NCBI GenBank assembly: GCA_041492755.1
Contig: JBGPXN010000058.1
Coordinates: forward strand, 1 to 26,024
Reading direction: 5' to 3'
DNA: 26,024 nt
Origin: Candidatus Methylomirabilia bacterium
GTDB taxonomy: Bacteria; Methylomirabilota; Methylomirabilia; Rokubacteriales; CSP1-6
Below the pieces are notes generated by a model, which was given only the letters and a program-made list of their open reading frames with translations, made no database searches and had not been told where the DNA came from. Of the stretch, positions 26,018 to 26,024 are shown piece after piece; within the stretch, counting starts at the first letter, position 1, and the number at the start of each line of letters is the position of its first letter. A program made the translations under genes and the position numbers.

Positions 26018-26024
26018 AAAAATC

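Overview
High-GC bacterial chromosomal DNA. Gene content and style suggest Candidatus Rokubacteria/Methylomirabilota, but this is an unverified inference. The left ~17.5 kb is a minus-strand Wzx/Wzy-type exopolysaccharide locus resembling PEP-CTERM/XrtA-associated EPS clusters: partial flippase, one GT2, two GT4, deacetylase, BY-kinase, ExeA-like ATPase, chain-length protein, short OPX/Wza, priming sugar transferase and a beta-barrel. Embedded in it is an unusual uridine kinase + nucleotidyltransferase-like + alkaline-phosphatase-superfamily trio. Regulation comprises two sigma54 activators (one with a degenerate receiver, one with none), a stand-alone receiver and five recognisable -24/-12 promoters across the window. 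The right ~7 kb (plus strand) holds tatB fused to an Ada-like Zn-finger, lexA with a candidate novel operator (CTCAAC-N4-GTTGAG) and an unannotated 59-aa membrane ORF directly after it, a truncated ATP-dependent DNA ligase, a KaiC/RAD55-like ATPase, a small secreted protein, a tRNA nucleotidyltransferase, an orphan ABC solute-binding protein and tRNA-Gly(CCC). Three MITE/REP-like elements sit at stop codons. All calls come from motif reading by eye; no database searches were run.
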